Positions 1-9,676 of a stretch of 64,000 bases of DNA are shown piece after piece. Origin of the DNA: Rhodospirillaceae bacterium (GTDB taxonomy: Bacteria > Pseudomonadota > Alphaproteobacteria > Dongiales > Dongiaceae); the NCBI GenBank assembly GCA_016712715.1, contig JADJQM010000001.1, positions 1,811,094 to 1,875,093 on the forward strand, in the 5' to 3' direction. The notes beneath the pieces are model-generated. The model made no database searches. It was not told where the DNA came from and saw only the letters and a list, made by a program, of their open reading frames with translations. The number at the start of each line of letters is the position of its first letter. Within the stretch, counting starts at the first letter, position 1. Both the position numbers and the translations under genes were made by a program.

Positions 1-827
1 ACGACCCGCGGCACCAGTTCGTTCATGACGCGGTCTTCTTGCGCGAATTCATAACGCGGATGGATGGCCGAGAGCTTGATCGAGATGCCGGGGCCGGCGA
101 TGATGCCTTTGCCTTTCGACGCCTTGCCGATGGCCGCAATGGCATTGACGTAGGACGTGAAATAGCGCTCCGCATCCTTCATGGTGCGGGCGGCTTCGCC
201 CAGCATGTCGTAGGAATAGCGATAACCGCGTTTTTCGGCGGCTTCGGCGCGGTCGGTTGCCTCGCCGATGTCGCGCCCCATGACGAATTGCTTGCCGAGG
301 ATCTTCATCGCCTGGGTCACCGCCTGGCGGATCACTGGCTCGCCGCTGCGCGCCACCAGCCGCTTCAAGACACCCCTGAGATCGCTGCTCGTCTGGTCGA
401 GTTGCATGATGCGGCCCGTGAGCATCAAGGCCCAGGTCGAGGCGTTGACGAACATCGAATCCGATTCACCCAGATGCGCCGCGAAATCGGCATCCTTCAA
501 CTTGTCACGGATGAGCTGGTTGGCGGTCTCGTTGTCGGGGATGCGCAGCAAGGCCTCGGCAAGGCACATCAGCACGACACCTTCCCGGGATGACAGCTCA
601 TAAGCATGCATGAAGGCATCGATGCCGCCCTGCCCCACCCGGTTGCGGCGCACTTCTTCCACGAGCGCACGTGCCCGTGCCGCGATCCGGTCCTGGGTTT
701 CGGCCGGCAGCTCCGCCTGGCCGAGGAGCATTTCGACGATGCCGGTCTCGTCGGCCCGGTAATGGGCCCGCAGGCGCTGGCGCAAGGTCGTCGGTTCAGT
801 GGCTGGAGCAGCGAGGATCATCGACAT
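1..827 (-). CDS. putA: Bifunctional proline dehydrogenase / P5C dehydrogenase PutA, N-terminal part (gene continues past window start)
   Basis: Not in the ORF track because there is no stop inside the window. My minus-strand translation from ATG at 827 reads MSMILAAPATEPTTLRQRLRAHYRADE...GGIDAFMHAYELSSREGVVLMCLAEALLRIPD...RGYRYSYDMLGEAART...GPGISIKLSAIHPRYEF. This is the conserved PutA N-terminal / proline dehydrogenase region. Confidence 0.85.
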   Translation of the reverse strand, partial: MSMILAAPATEPTTLRQRLRAHYRADETGIVEMLLGQAELPAETQDRIAARARALVEEVRRNRVGQGGIDAFMHAYELSSREGVVLMCLAEALLRIPDNETANQLIRDKLKDADFAAHLGESDSMFVNASTWALMLTGRIMQLDQTSSDLRGVLKRLVARSGEPVIRQAVTQAMKILGKQFVMGRDIGEATDRAEAAEKRGYRYSYDMLGEAARTMKDAERYFTSYVNAIAAIGKASKGKGIIAGPGISIKLSAIHPRYEFAQEDRVMNELVPRV

Positions 828-1007
828 GATGGCAATGAGAAACCTTGAAATACCCAGGGGATTCGACGGCGGAAATCAATCCTGGGAGGGGTTGACCGGG
901 AATCGCGGCGCACAGTCTAATCCGTTCCGCGGCAGAAGAAAGTGGGCGGGGCCGGCTTTGGACCCGCCGATCCCCCGGGGCGGCTAGAGAAAGCGAGGAG
1001 TGGCAGC

Positions 1008-1883
1008 ATGTTCGACGGCTTCAGCCGCTGGCAGGTTCAGCTCAATGACCTCAGTTTCAAGGTCATCAAGGGCGGCGAAGGCAGCCCGGTCGTGCTGCTG
1101 CATGGCTATCCGCAATCCCACATCATCTGGCGGCACCTGGCGCCGGTCCTGGCCCGCTCCATGGCCGTGGTCTGCCTCGACCTGAAGGGCTATGGCGACA
1201 GCGCCGCCCCGGCGCCTTTGCCGGATTCGACCAATTACTCCAAGCGGCAGATGGCGGCCGAGGTGGTCGAAATCATGAAAATGCTGGGCTACGAGAAGTT
1301 CTCGGTGGTCGGCCATGACCGCGGCGCCCGCGTCGCCTACCGCCTGGCCCTGGACTATCCCGACCGGGTCCATCGGCTGGTCCCGCTCGATATCGTGCCC
1401 ACGGCCGCCTATTGGGAGCAGGCCGACAAGAAATTCACCCTCGGCAGTTTCCATTGGGGGTTCATCGCCCAGCCCAACGACCTGCCGGAGCGCATGATCG
1501 GCGCCGATCCCGACTATTGGCTGGACTGGATCATTCGCCATTGGGCGCTCGACATGGCGGCCTTCCCCGACGACGTCATGGCCGAATACAAGCGCTGCTT
1601 CCGCCGGCCGGAAGTCATCGCCGCCACCTGTGCCGATTACCGGGCCGGCGCCACCATCGACGATTCCCACGATCTTGCGGATCTTAAGGCAGGCCGCATG
1701 ATCGATTGCCCGACTCTGGCGCTCTATTCCGGGACCTTTGTCGACGACCAGCGCGATCCCCTCAAGCAATGGCAGCGCTGGGCCAAGAAAGTGACGGTCG
1801 AGCGGGTCCAATCCGGGCATTTCATCCCCGAGGAAATCCCCGATCAGATCGTCGGCAAGTTGCGGCAGTTTCTTTTGTCGTGA
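1008..1883 (+). CDS. Alpha/beta hydrolase, haloacetate (fluoroacetate) dehalogenase-like
   Basis: ORF 942..1883 with the start moved to ATG 1008 (MFDGF). Motifs: HGYPQSH, nucleophile elbow VGHDRGARV, FHWGFIAQP, CADYRAG, C-terminal GHFIPEE. Confidence 0.8.
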   Translation: MFDGFSRWQVQLNDLSFKVIKGGEGSPVVLLHGYPQSHIIWRHLAPVLARSMAVVCLDLKGYGDSAAPAPLPDSTNYSKRQMAAEVVEIMKMLGYEKFSVVGHDRGARVAYRLALDYPDRVHRLVPLDIVPTAAYWEQADKKFTLGSFHWGFIAQPNDLPERMIGADPDYWLDWIIRHWALDMAAFPDDVMAEYKRCFRRPEVIAATCADYRAGATIDDSHDLADLKAGRMIDCPTLALYSGTFVDDQRDPLKQWQRWAKKVTVERVQSGHFIPEEIPDQIVGKLRQFLLS

Positions 1884-1902
1884 GATTGCCGGGCGATACG
1901 CC

Positions 1903-2262
1903 TCAGCACCCCTTCATATCCGCCAGTTCGATCAGGCGCTGGTTGCGCTGGCGCAGAACATTCATTTCCTTGTTCGGCTGGTCGCGCAAATCCAGTGTCA
2001 GCATGGCCGGCGGCACCATCACGCCGTCGATCACGGTGAAGTGGACGTTGCGCCGATGCACCTGATCGTCGCGTTCGACCAGACGCGCGATCGCCAGCTC
2101 ATTGGCGCCCGTCTCGCGCAGCAGGTCCATGCAACTCATGTCGGCATCGGTCGGGCGTATGACTTGGGCCAATTTCGGCACTTCGCCGCCGCAGGCGCTC
2201 AGCATGACGACAAGCGCCGTTAACAGAATGGTCGGCGTCATGGGACGCATGCGCGGCATCAT
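1903..2262 (-). CDS. Small lipoprotein (paralog B), function unknown
   Basis: Last 119 codons of ORF 1903..2538, from ATG 2262: MMPRMRPMTPTILLTALVVMLSAC-GG (lipobox). Its start overlaps the upstream stop (ATGA). It shares a CGG-15aa-MSC spacing with the upstream paralog. Confidence 0.6.
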   Translation of the reverse strand: MMPRMRPMTPTILLTALVVMLSACGGEVPKLAQVIRPTDADMSCMDLLRETGANELAIARLVERDDQVHRRNVHFTVIDGVMVPPAMLTLDLRDQPNKEMNVLRQRNQRLIELADMKGC

Positions 2263-2665
2263 AGCGGGCTCCACACCTGAGGGTCCGGCCAGCAATTCTC
2301 TTTCTGGGCAATATCGATCAGATAGCGCGCGCGCGTCGCCAAAGCGGAGCCCTCGATTTGCTGGGGCGACTGGCCATAGTCGCCCTCGACCGTCTTGTCG
2401 ATCGCGAACCAGGCCGGCGGAAAGGCCAGGGCAATCCCCATGATCATGTCGTTCTTCTCTTCGGCCCAGACCTGCTCGCGCACCAGCTCGGATTGCGCCG
2501 CGTAATTCTCCGCCACTTCCTGGCGGATCTCGTCGCAACTCATATAGCGGTCATAAATGGAGACTTGCGGGACGGGGTGGGTGAGCGCCCGCCGCAACCG
2601 CTGGCAACGGCCAGCGTGGCCAGAGCGACAATGGCGAGGTATCGCGGCAGCATCCTGTTCGACAT
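2259..2665 (-). pseudogene. Small lipoprotein (paralog A) with apparent 1-nt deletion frameshift
   Basis: The signal peptide and lipobox MSNRMLPRYLAIVALATLAVASGC-GG (ORF 2540..2758 from ATG 2665) change frame at the G-run 2588-2590. They continue into ALTHPVPQVSIYDRYMSCDEIRQEV... (ORF 2259..2687). The corrected protein aligns residue for residue with paralog B. Alternative reading: two ATGA-coupled mini-ORFs. Confidence 0.55.
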
Positions 2666-2772
2666 GGTCAATCCCCTGCCCTGGCATCCCGCCTGGGGCC
2701 CTATCCGTAACTTGCCTATTTTACGCCAGAAATTAGTTAACACAACCTTACTATCCACAAAGGCTCACACGG

Positions 2773-3563
2773 TTATGGGCCCAGCAGTAGCCGAATCTGG
2801 CGCAAGGCCGCGTCGATTTTCAGCGCCAGCAGCTTCTGCCCACGCGCGGCACTGGCACGTTGGGGTTGTCCATGGACACCATCCGCACCAGCCGCTAGCA
2901 GATCCTCACGCACTGCGCGGGGATCGATCGCCAGCAATTCGGAGGTCTCCCGAATCCCGGCATGGGATCCGATTGACGCCGCGTCTTCCCCTCGCTGGTC
3001 AGCCAAGGGACTTGGCCGTTGGCGGCATAATAGTCATCGATGGCAAAGACCCGCGCGCCTGTACCGGCGAACGCATCGGTCAAGCGCGCGGCCACCTCGC
3101 CTTGCGCCGCCTGATTGCCGCCGGAATCGCCGATGAACAGGACCGTCTTGAAGCCGGTGGCGATGAAGCTGCGCGCCGCCGCCTCCAGCACCTGCGCAAA
3201 GACGGGTTCCGGCAGGCTGATCGTGCCGGGGGACAGCATATGACCTTCCGGCGGATCGATGCTTCCCTCCGGCACATAGGCCATGACCGGCGCCACCAAT
3301 GTCTTGCCGAGACCGCGGGCAATCGCCTTGGCGGTATGGCCAACCACGACATTGTGCTTGCCCAAGACGAGGTGCGCCCCATTCTGCTCCGTCCCGCCGG
3401 TGGGGATGATGACGGTGGTCCAGCCTTGCGCAAGACGAGCCGCGACCTCGGCACTGGTCAGGTGCTCAAGCTCAACCTCGGCCGCCATGTCCGCATCGGC
3501 CGGCAAGGCCGCGACAAGCATCAGGGCTATACCCACCAGTACGGCTCGGCGCCCCGCTTTCAT
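2773..3563 (-). pseudogene. Creatininase-family amidohydrolase with N-terminal signal peptide, frameshifted
   Basis: ORF 2895..3743 from ATG 3563: MKAGRRAVLVGIALMLVAALPADA..., GGTEQNGAHLVLGKHN. The frame breaks in the C/G run 2988-2991 (WLTSEG | EDAASIGSHAGIRETSELLAIDP) and continues in ORF 2773..3006. Confidence 0.7.
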
Positions 3564-4636
3564 GACGGCTTGTGCGTCGATTTCGCATCGGCCTGCGCAC
3601 CGAAACGCGCGATGATGTTGCGGAACGGCAGCAGATAGAGTGCGCCCACCTGATGGAACTGCGGCGCCTCGCCGGAATCGAGGCCGATGGCGAAGGTCTC
3701 GCCCCGCGCCGGGATATAGAGCGTGCCGAACATCCAGTCCCATATCGAAAAGATGAAACCCATGTTCTTGTCGAGATGGCGCTTCTCCATGCTGTGATGC
3801 ACCTGGTGCATCCAGGGACTGACCAAGAGAAAGCTGACGAGGCGCGGATAGGCCATCGGCACATGCGAGTGCCGGAGGTTGAATCCGGCGACATATAACA
3901 GGAACATCACGACATTGATGCCCACCACCTGATAGCTCGCGATGGCATCCCCGGTGAGGTAGCCGAACACGGCCAGGGTGATGGCGGTGACGATGTTGGT
4001 GAGATTGAAATTGAGGATGATCTCGACCGGATGCATGCGATAGGCCGTAATGGGCGTCATCACCTCAGCCGAATGGTGCACCTTGTGAAATTCCCACAGC
4101 ACGGGGATGCGGTGATGAAGATAGTGGATCCACCACAGCGCAAGATCGATGGCCAGCACCGTGACGAGCGTGATGATCAGCGTCGTCGAAAAACCGGGGG
4201 AGAGGATCGGCGTCTCGACCGGACCGAACGTCGCCACCAGCAGATGGAACAGCGGATTGGCGACGAATACCGGGACGATGACGAAGAACGGCACCGCCAG
4301 GAATGACAGGATGCGGTCGATCAGGAAAAACTTGTAATCAGCCACCGCCGAGGGATGCAGATAGATCTGCCTTGGAAAGAGATAGGCCAACAGGCGACGC
4401 GGCGTGCCGGCTGGATTCCGCCGTCGGGCGATCGCGTGAACGATGACGGCACACACCAGGCCCGACACCAGATAGAGCACGAAAACGCGCTCCTCCGGAT
4501 CGATAAAATGCCGGATCGGCTCCAGCGCCGAGACACGCAGTTGCTGCCAGAGATTTTGCCAATAGTCCATGAAAGCGAGATTAGGCCGCCAGGGTGAAGA
4601 AAGTGCAAACGCCTTTTTCGCGCCAAAAAGCGTCAA
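3560..4636 (-). CDS. Fatty acid hydroxylase / sterol desaturase family integral membrane protein
   Basis: ORF 3560..4636. Histidine boxes HYLHHRIPVLWEFHKVHHS and HQVHHS, with multiple TM segments. The stop overlaps the creatininase start (ATGA). The start could instead be ATG 4570. Confidence 0.8.
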   Translation of the reverse strand: MTLFGAKKAFALSSPWRPNLAFMDYWQNLWQQLRVSALEPIRHFIDPEERVFVLYLVSGLVCAVIVHAIARRRNPAGTPRRLLAYLFPRQIYLHPSAVADYKFFLIDRILSFLAVPFFVIVPVFVANPLFHLLVATFGPVETPILSPGFSTTLIITLVTVLAIDLALWWIHYLHHRIPVLWEFHKVHHSAEVMTPITAYRMHPVEIILNFNLTNIVTAITLAVFGYLTGDAIASYQVVGINVVMFLLYVAGFNLRHSHVPMAYPRLVSFLLVSPWMHQVHHSMEKRHLDKNMGFIFSIWDWMFGTLYIPARGETFAIGLDSGEAPQFHQVGALYLLPFRNIIARFGAQADAKSTHKPS

Positions 4637-4690
4637 ATTGAAGCGATTGGATGGCTGGTGGAGCGATTCCGACCAGGTTGGCTCCGGAAA

Positions 4691-5641
4691 TCAGGCGTAA
4701 ATCTCGACCCGCGTCTCCGTGATGGTGACCGTCTCGATGGTGATTTCCAGCGATGTGTCGGTCAGCATGCCGCCGTCCAAGCCGTCACCCGGCGGCATGA
4801 TCAATTGCCCGAGCGCTTCGCGTTGGCCGGCATCGATATCGCCCAGCGCCGCATCGGCCATTTCCTGCATGCGGCGGAAGAAGCGATCATCGTCATCTTC
4901 ATCGCCCCGTCGCTTGGCCTTGGCGATCTGCGCCGCCAGCGCGATGATTCCCTTGGCTTGGACAACGGCATTCCGCGCATCGCTGCCAAGGTCATGTAGC
5001 GCGCGGTAGGATTGCTCCAGCGCCTCCCTGTCTGTATCGACGCGCGGGGCAATCTCCGCCGCCGCTGATCCTGCACTTGCTGGAGAAGTCTGCGCCGCAG
5101 CGGTGGCGGCACTCGCCGTCGCCTGTGCGCCGCTGGCCTCGTTCGATACGCCGCTGGCGCCGATGCCTTGTGCCAGATTGCGCGCAGCACTGCCGATCTC
5201 GCGCGCGAGGCTCGCCGCCTCGGCTCCAATGCGCCGCAATTGACGGACATCGCCGCTCGCCGCCAGCATCTGCAACTGGCGGCGCAAGCCCTCCAATTTC
5301 ATCTTGGCCTGGCGCAGCTTCTCGGCCGAGATGTCGCTGTTGTTCCCATCCGCCATCTTTTCCAGGCGCTTGACGATGTCGAGCCTGGGCGCATTCCTGG
5401 CAGCCGATTCAGGCGCCAGCCGCCAATAGCTGGCGACCGCGCTCTCATTGCGCTTGAGGGACCAGGTCAACGGATCGGTGCTGGTCCCGGTCTTGGATTT
5501 TGAGGTTGGCTGCAGGTTGTGCTGGCTGGCCGTGGCGGCAGCACTGAACTGCCCACGCTGGATGATGTTGAAGATGCCGCCGGCAACGCCCATCGAGATC
5601 ACCCGCCAAACGCGTTCTCGTAGCCAAATAGTATCGCACAA
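4691..5641 (-). CDS. Hypothetical Ala/Gln-rich coiled-coil protein
   Basis: ORF 4691..5641 begins 27 nt downstream of the gatB stop on the same strand. It has no recognisable domain. It contains an Ala/Ser low-complexity core and an acidic run (GDEDDDD). The start is uncertain (alternative ATG 5593). Confidence 0.45.
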   Translation of the reverse strand: MCDTIWLRERVWRVISMGVAGGIFNIIQRGQFSAAATASQHNLQPTSKSKTGTSTDPLTWSLKRNESAVASYWRLAPESAARNAPRLDIVKRLEKMADGNNSDISAEKLRQAKMKLEGLRRQLQMLAASGDVRQLRRIGAEAASLAREIGSAARNLAQGIGASGVSNEASGAQATASAATAAAQTSPASAGSAAAEIAPRVDTDREALEQSYRALHDLGSDARNAVVQAKGIIALAAQIAKAKRRGDEDDDDRFFRRMQEMADAALGDIDAGQREALGQLIMPPGDGLDGGMLTDTSLEITIETVTITETRVEIYA

Positions 5642-5667
5642 ACGACGGGCCGGCGTAAACCGGCGGG

Positions 5668-7152
5668 TTATCCCGCCAGTTTCGCCTTCAGCCGGTCGTT
5701 CAGCATGGCCGGGTTGGCCTTGCCGCCCATGGCGCGCATGACCTGGCCCACAAAGAAGCCGAACAGCTTGTCCTTGCCGCCCCGGTATTCCGCGACCTTG
5801 TCGGCATTGGCCGCCATGATCTTGTCGATCTCTACATCGATGGCGCCCGTATCGAGCACCTGGCGGAGGCCTTTTTCGTCGACGATGGACGCCGCCGATT
5901 TGCCCGTTTCGAACATTTCGGTAAAGACATCCTTGGCGATGCGGCCGGAGATCGTGTTGTCCTCGATGAGGCCCACGAGCTCACCCAGCGCAGCAGCCGA
6001 GACCGGGCTTTCCGTGATCGACTTCCCGACCGCGTTCAACCGGCCGAACAATTCCGAGGTAAGCCAGTTGGCCGTGAGCTTCGGATCATGCCCCTTGGCT
6101 GCGAGCTCGTAAAAGTCAGCCGATTCCTTTTCCGAGACCAGCACGCCGGCATCGTAATCGGAGAGGCCCAGATCCTTCACAAAGCGCGCGCGCTTGGCGT
6201 CCGGCAATTCCGGCAAACCGGCTTTCAGGCTTTCCACCCAGGCGGCATCGAGCTTCAACGGCAGCAAGTCGGGATCCGGGAAATAGCGATAGTCATGTGC
6301 TTGCTCCTTGGAGCGCATCGCGCGGGTCATGCCCTTGCCCGGATCCCACAAGCGGGTTTCCTGGCGGATGCTGCCGCCTTCCTCGATTACCTCGATCTGG
6401 CGGCGTGCTTCGTGCTCGATAGCGGCCGCCACATAGCGGATCGAGTTCACGTTCTTGATCTCGCAGCGCGTGCCCAAGGGATCGCCGACCTTGCGCACCG
6501 AGACGTTGACGTCGCAGCGCATTGAGCCTTCGTCCATATTGCCGTCGCAGGTACCCAAGTAACGCAGGATTGAGCGCAGCTTTTTCAAATAAGCAGCGGC
6601 CTCCTCCGACGAGCGCATGTCGGGTTCTGAAACGATCTCCATCAAGGCAACACCGGCCCGGTTGAGATCGACATAGGTCTTGGAGGGATGCTGGTCATGG
6701 AGGCTCTTGCCGGCATCCTGTTCGAGATGCAGCCGCGTGATTCCGACCTCGCGATGTTCGCCTTCCGCCAGATCCAGTACGATGGTGCCCTTGCCCACGA
6801 TCGGCTGCAGGAACTGGCTAATCTGATAACCGTTCGGCAGATCGGCGTAGAAGTAGTTCTTCCGGTCGAAGACGGAGACGAGGTTGATCTGCGCCTTGAG
6901 GCCCAGACCCGTTTTCACCGCCTGCTCGACGCAGACTTCGTTGATGACTGGCAGCATGCCCGGGAATCCGGCATCGACCAGGCTCACCTGCGTATTGGGC
7001 TCGGCGCCAAATTCGGTGGCGGCCCCTGAGAAGAGCTTGGATTTCGAGGTCACCTGCGCATGGACTTCGAGGCCGAGCACGACCTCCCATTTCCCGGTGC
7101 GGCCATCGATCAGGTTCTTGTCGTTGATCAAGGTGTCAGTCATATGCATCAC
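5668..7152 (-). CDS. gatB: Asp-tRNA(Asn)/Glu-tRNA(Gln) amidotransferase subunit B
   Basis: ORF 5668..7152: [24 protein letters not shown], a C-terminal GatB/YqeY region. The start overlaps the gatA stop. Confidence 0.95.
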   Translation of the reverse strand: MMHMTDTLINDKNLIDGRTGKWEVVLGLEVHAQVTSKSKLFSGAATEFGAEPNTQVSLVDAGFPGMLPVINEVCVEQAVKTGLGLKAQINLVSVFDRKNYFYADLPNGYQISQFLQPIVGKGTIVLDLAEGEHREVGITRLHLEQDAGKSLHDQHPSKTYVDLNRAGVALMEIVSEPDMRSSEEAAAYLKKLRSILRYLGTCDGNMDEGSMRCDVNVSVRKVGDPLGTRCEIKNVNSIRYVAAAIEHEARRQIEVIEEGGSIRQETRLWDPGKGMTRAMRSKEQAHDYRYFPDPDLLPLKLDAAWVESLKAGLPELPDAKRARFVKDLGLSDYDAGVLVSEKESADFYELAAKGHDPKLTANWLTSELFGRLNAVGKSITESPVSAAALGELVGLIEDNTISGRIAKDVFTEMFETGKSAASIVDEKGLRQVLDTGAIDVEIDKIMAANADKVAEYRGGKDKLFGFFVGQVMRAMGGKANPAMLNDRLKAKLAG

Positions 7153-8618
7153 ACTCCCGCCGGCAGGGCGGTGAAATTGGCGGCCTTTTCCAGGGCCTGG
7201 GCAGAACGCAGCAGTGTCTCCTCGTCGAAGGCGCGGCCGATCATCTGCAGCCCCAGGGGCAGGCTTTTGCTGTCCAAGCCCGCCGGCACCGAAATACCCG
7301 GCAGGCCGGCGAGGTTCACAGTCACGGTAAAGACATCCTGGAGGTACATCTGGACCGGATCTTCATTGTCATGGAAGCCGAAGGCCGCTGACGGTGTCGA
7401 GGGCGTGAGGATCACATCGACATCTTTGAAGGCGTCGGTGAAATCCTTGAGGATGAGGGCGCGAATCTTCTGCGCCTGCAGGTAATAGGCATCGTAATAG
7501 CCGGCCGACAGGACATAGGTGCCGATGAGGATGCGGCGCTTCACTTCCTTGCCGAAACCCGCGGCACGGGTCAGCTCATACATCTCATCCAGCGAGTTAC
7601 CCGGCACGCGCAACCCGAAGCGCACGCCGTCATAGCGCGCGAGGTTGGAGGACGCTTCCGCAGGGGCGATGATGTAATAGGTCGGCAGCGCATATTTGGT
7701 ATGCGGCAGCGAGATCTCCTTGATCTCGGCACCCTGCGCCTTCAGCCACTCGGCGCCCTTGGCCCAGAGATCGCTGATCTCCTGCGACATGCCGTCGACG
7801 CGGTATTCCTTCGGGATGCCGACGCGCAGGCCCCGGATATCGCCGGTGAGGCCCTTGCGGAAATCCGGCACGGCCATTTCAACCGAGGTCGAATCCTTCG
7901 GGTCATGCCCCGCCATGACGCTCAGCATGATGGCGCAGTCTTCGACCGAGCGCGCGATGGGACCTGCCTGGTCGAGCGAGGAGGCGAATGCGACGATGCC
8001 CCAGCGCGAGCAGCGGCCATAGGTCGGCTTGATGCCGACAGTGCCGGTCAACGCCGCCGGCTGCCTGATCGAACCACCGGTGTCCGTTCCGGTGGCGGCC
8101 ATGGCGATGCGCGCGGCAACGGCCGCCGACGACCCGCCGGAAGAACCGCCCGGCACCAGATCGGTGTTGTCGCCCCGCCGTTTCCACGGATTGATGACGT
8201 TGCCGTAATAGGACGTCTTGTTGCTGGAGCCCATCGCGAATTCATCGAGATTGAGCTTGCCCAGCATGACCGCACCGGCATCGAACAGCTTGCTGGTCAC
8301 CGTCGATTCATAGGTCGGCTTGAATCCATCGAGGATATGCGAACCCGCCGTGGTCAGGACGCCTTCGGTGCAGAACAGGTCCTTGATGCCGAGCGGGATG
8401 CCGTCGAGGGCGCCCACCTTGCCACCGGATGCGCGGCGCTTGTCGGACGCATCGGCCTTCGCGCGGGCAAGGTCCGGCGTCTCGGTGATATAGGCGTTCA
8501 GCCCCTTGGCCGCAGCCATTTTGGTGATATGGGCATCGGTGAGCTCGCGCGCCGAGAATTTCTTGGCCGCCAGCCCGTCGAGGGCACCGGCAATGGTGAG
8601 ATGTGTCAAATCGCTCAT
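7149..8618 (-). CDS. gatA: Glu-tRNA(Gln) amidotransferase subunit A
   Basis: ORF 7149..8714 with the start placed at ATG 8618 ([11 protein letters not shown]). Amidase signature [13 protein letters not shown]. Confidence 0.93.
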   Translation of the reverse strand: MSDLTHLTIAGALDGLAAKKFSARELTDAHITKMAAAKGLNAYITETPDLARAKADASDKRRASGGKVGALDGIPLGIKDLFCTEGVLTTAGSHILDGFKPTYESTVTSKLFDAGAVMLGKLNLDEFAMGSSNKTSYYGNVINPWKRRGDNTDLVPGGSSGGSSAAVAARIAMAATGTDTGGSIRQPAALTGTVGIKPTYGRCSRWGIVAFASSLDQAGPIARSVEDCAIMLSVMAGHDPKDSTSVEMAVPDFRKGLTGDIRGLRVGIPKEYRVDGMSQEISDLWAKGAEWLKAQGAEIKEISLPHTKYALPTYYIIAPAEASSNLARYDGVRFGLRVPGNSLDEMYELTRAAGFGKEVKRRILIGTYVLSAGYYDAYYLQAQKIRALILKDFTDAFKDVDVILTPSTPSAAFGFHDNEDPVQMYLQDVFTVTVNLAGLPGISVPAGLDSKSLPLGLQMIGRAFDEETLLRSAQALEKAANFTALPAGV

Positions 8619-8628
8619 GATGCGCCCC

Positions 8629-8916
8629 TCACTCGACCACTTTGGGGACGGTAAAGAAGCCATGGGCCGGCTCCGGCGCGTTGGCCAGCACCCTATTGGG
8701 ATCGCCGCCGTCATTGACTACACCCGGCCGGCGCGGCATGTCGCGCGCCAGCACCCCGGACATCGGCTGGACGCCCTTGGTGTCCACTTCGTTCAGTTGC
8801 TCGATCCAGGTCATGATGCCGTTAAGTTCCTGGGCGAGGCCCGGAAGATCGGCTTCGGGCACCCGGATGCGGGCCAAAGTGGCGATGTTGGCGACGGTCT
8901 TGCTGTCCAGTGACAT
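8629..8916 (-). CDS. gatC: Glu-tRNA(Gln) amidotransferase subunit C
   Basis: ORF 8629..8916, 95 aa, [19 protein letters not shown]..., positioned directly upstream of gatA. Confidence 0.9.
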   Translation of the reverse strand: MSLDSKTVANIATLARIRVPEADLPGLAQELNGIMTWIEQLNEVDTKGVQPMSGVLARDMPRRPGVVNDGGDPNRVLANAPEPAHGFFTVPKVVE

Positions 8917-8998
8917 GGCGTGGGATCAGTCCAATCTTTGCGAAAAACGACGAAATCGGGCCGGAAACTAGCACCCGGGGCAGTATCGGGGCAACCGC

Positions 8999-9676
8999 TC
9001 AAGCACCCCCGAAATAGGTGCCGGCCAGATGCATCAGGGTATAGAAGCCGAACGCCACCAGCAGCCCGCCGGCGATCCGGTTGAGCCAGATGAAGACTGT
9101 CTCGGAAATCATGTGGCGGATGAGCCCCACGCCGATTGCCAAAGTGAGCCACCAGCCGGCCGACCCCACGAATACGCCCAGCGTGAGGACCGGCACCATG
9201 GGAAGGTCGATCCGGGCCATGCCGGGAACACCGGCAAAAATGGCGATGAAGGACAGGATCGTCACCGGATTGGCCAAGGTCAGCACCAGGGTCTTGGCGA
9301 AATCAGCGAGCAGGGTCTGCGGCACTTCCTGATCGTCGGTGGCGATGACCGGCCGCTTGAGGCCGAGATGCACCCCGAAGGCGATGAGGAACAGCCCACC
9401 ACCCAGTTCGAACCAGGTGCGATAGGCCTCGATCGAACTGCCGCCATCGCCGGAAAAACCAAAGGCACCGATGATCGCAAAAGCGCCGATCGCCGCGAAG
9501 ATCGTATCAGCGACGGCAGCGCCCAGACCACCGCAAAAGCCCGCCATGCGGCCCTTTTCGAGCGTCAGGCGAATGCACAGCATGCCGATCGGCCCAACCG
9601 GCGCCGCCACGGCAAAGCCAATGGCAATGCCCTTCGCCAGCAACAGGATTTCGCGCAGCAACAGGTCCATCATCAA
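8999..9676 (-). CDS. LysE/RhtB-family amino acid exporter
   Basis: ORF 8999..9676, six hydrophobic segments, N-terminal GFAVAAPVGPIGMLCI typical of the LysE family. Confidence 0.8.
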   Translation of the reverse strand: MMMDLLLREILLLAKGIAIGFAVAAPVGPIGMLCIRLTLEKGRMAGFCGGLGAAVADTIFAAIGAFAIIGAFGFSGDGGSSIEAYRTWFELGGGLFLIAFGVHLGLKRPVIATDDQEVPQTLLADFAKTLVLTLANPVTILSFIAIFAGVPGMARIDLPMVPVLTLGVFVGSAGWWLTLAIGVGLIRHMISETVFIWLNRIAGGLLVAFGFYTLMHLAGTYFGGA

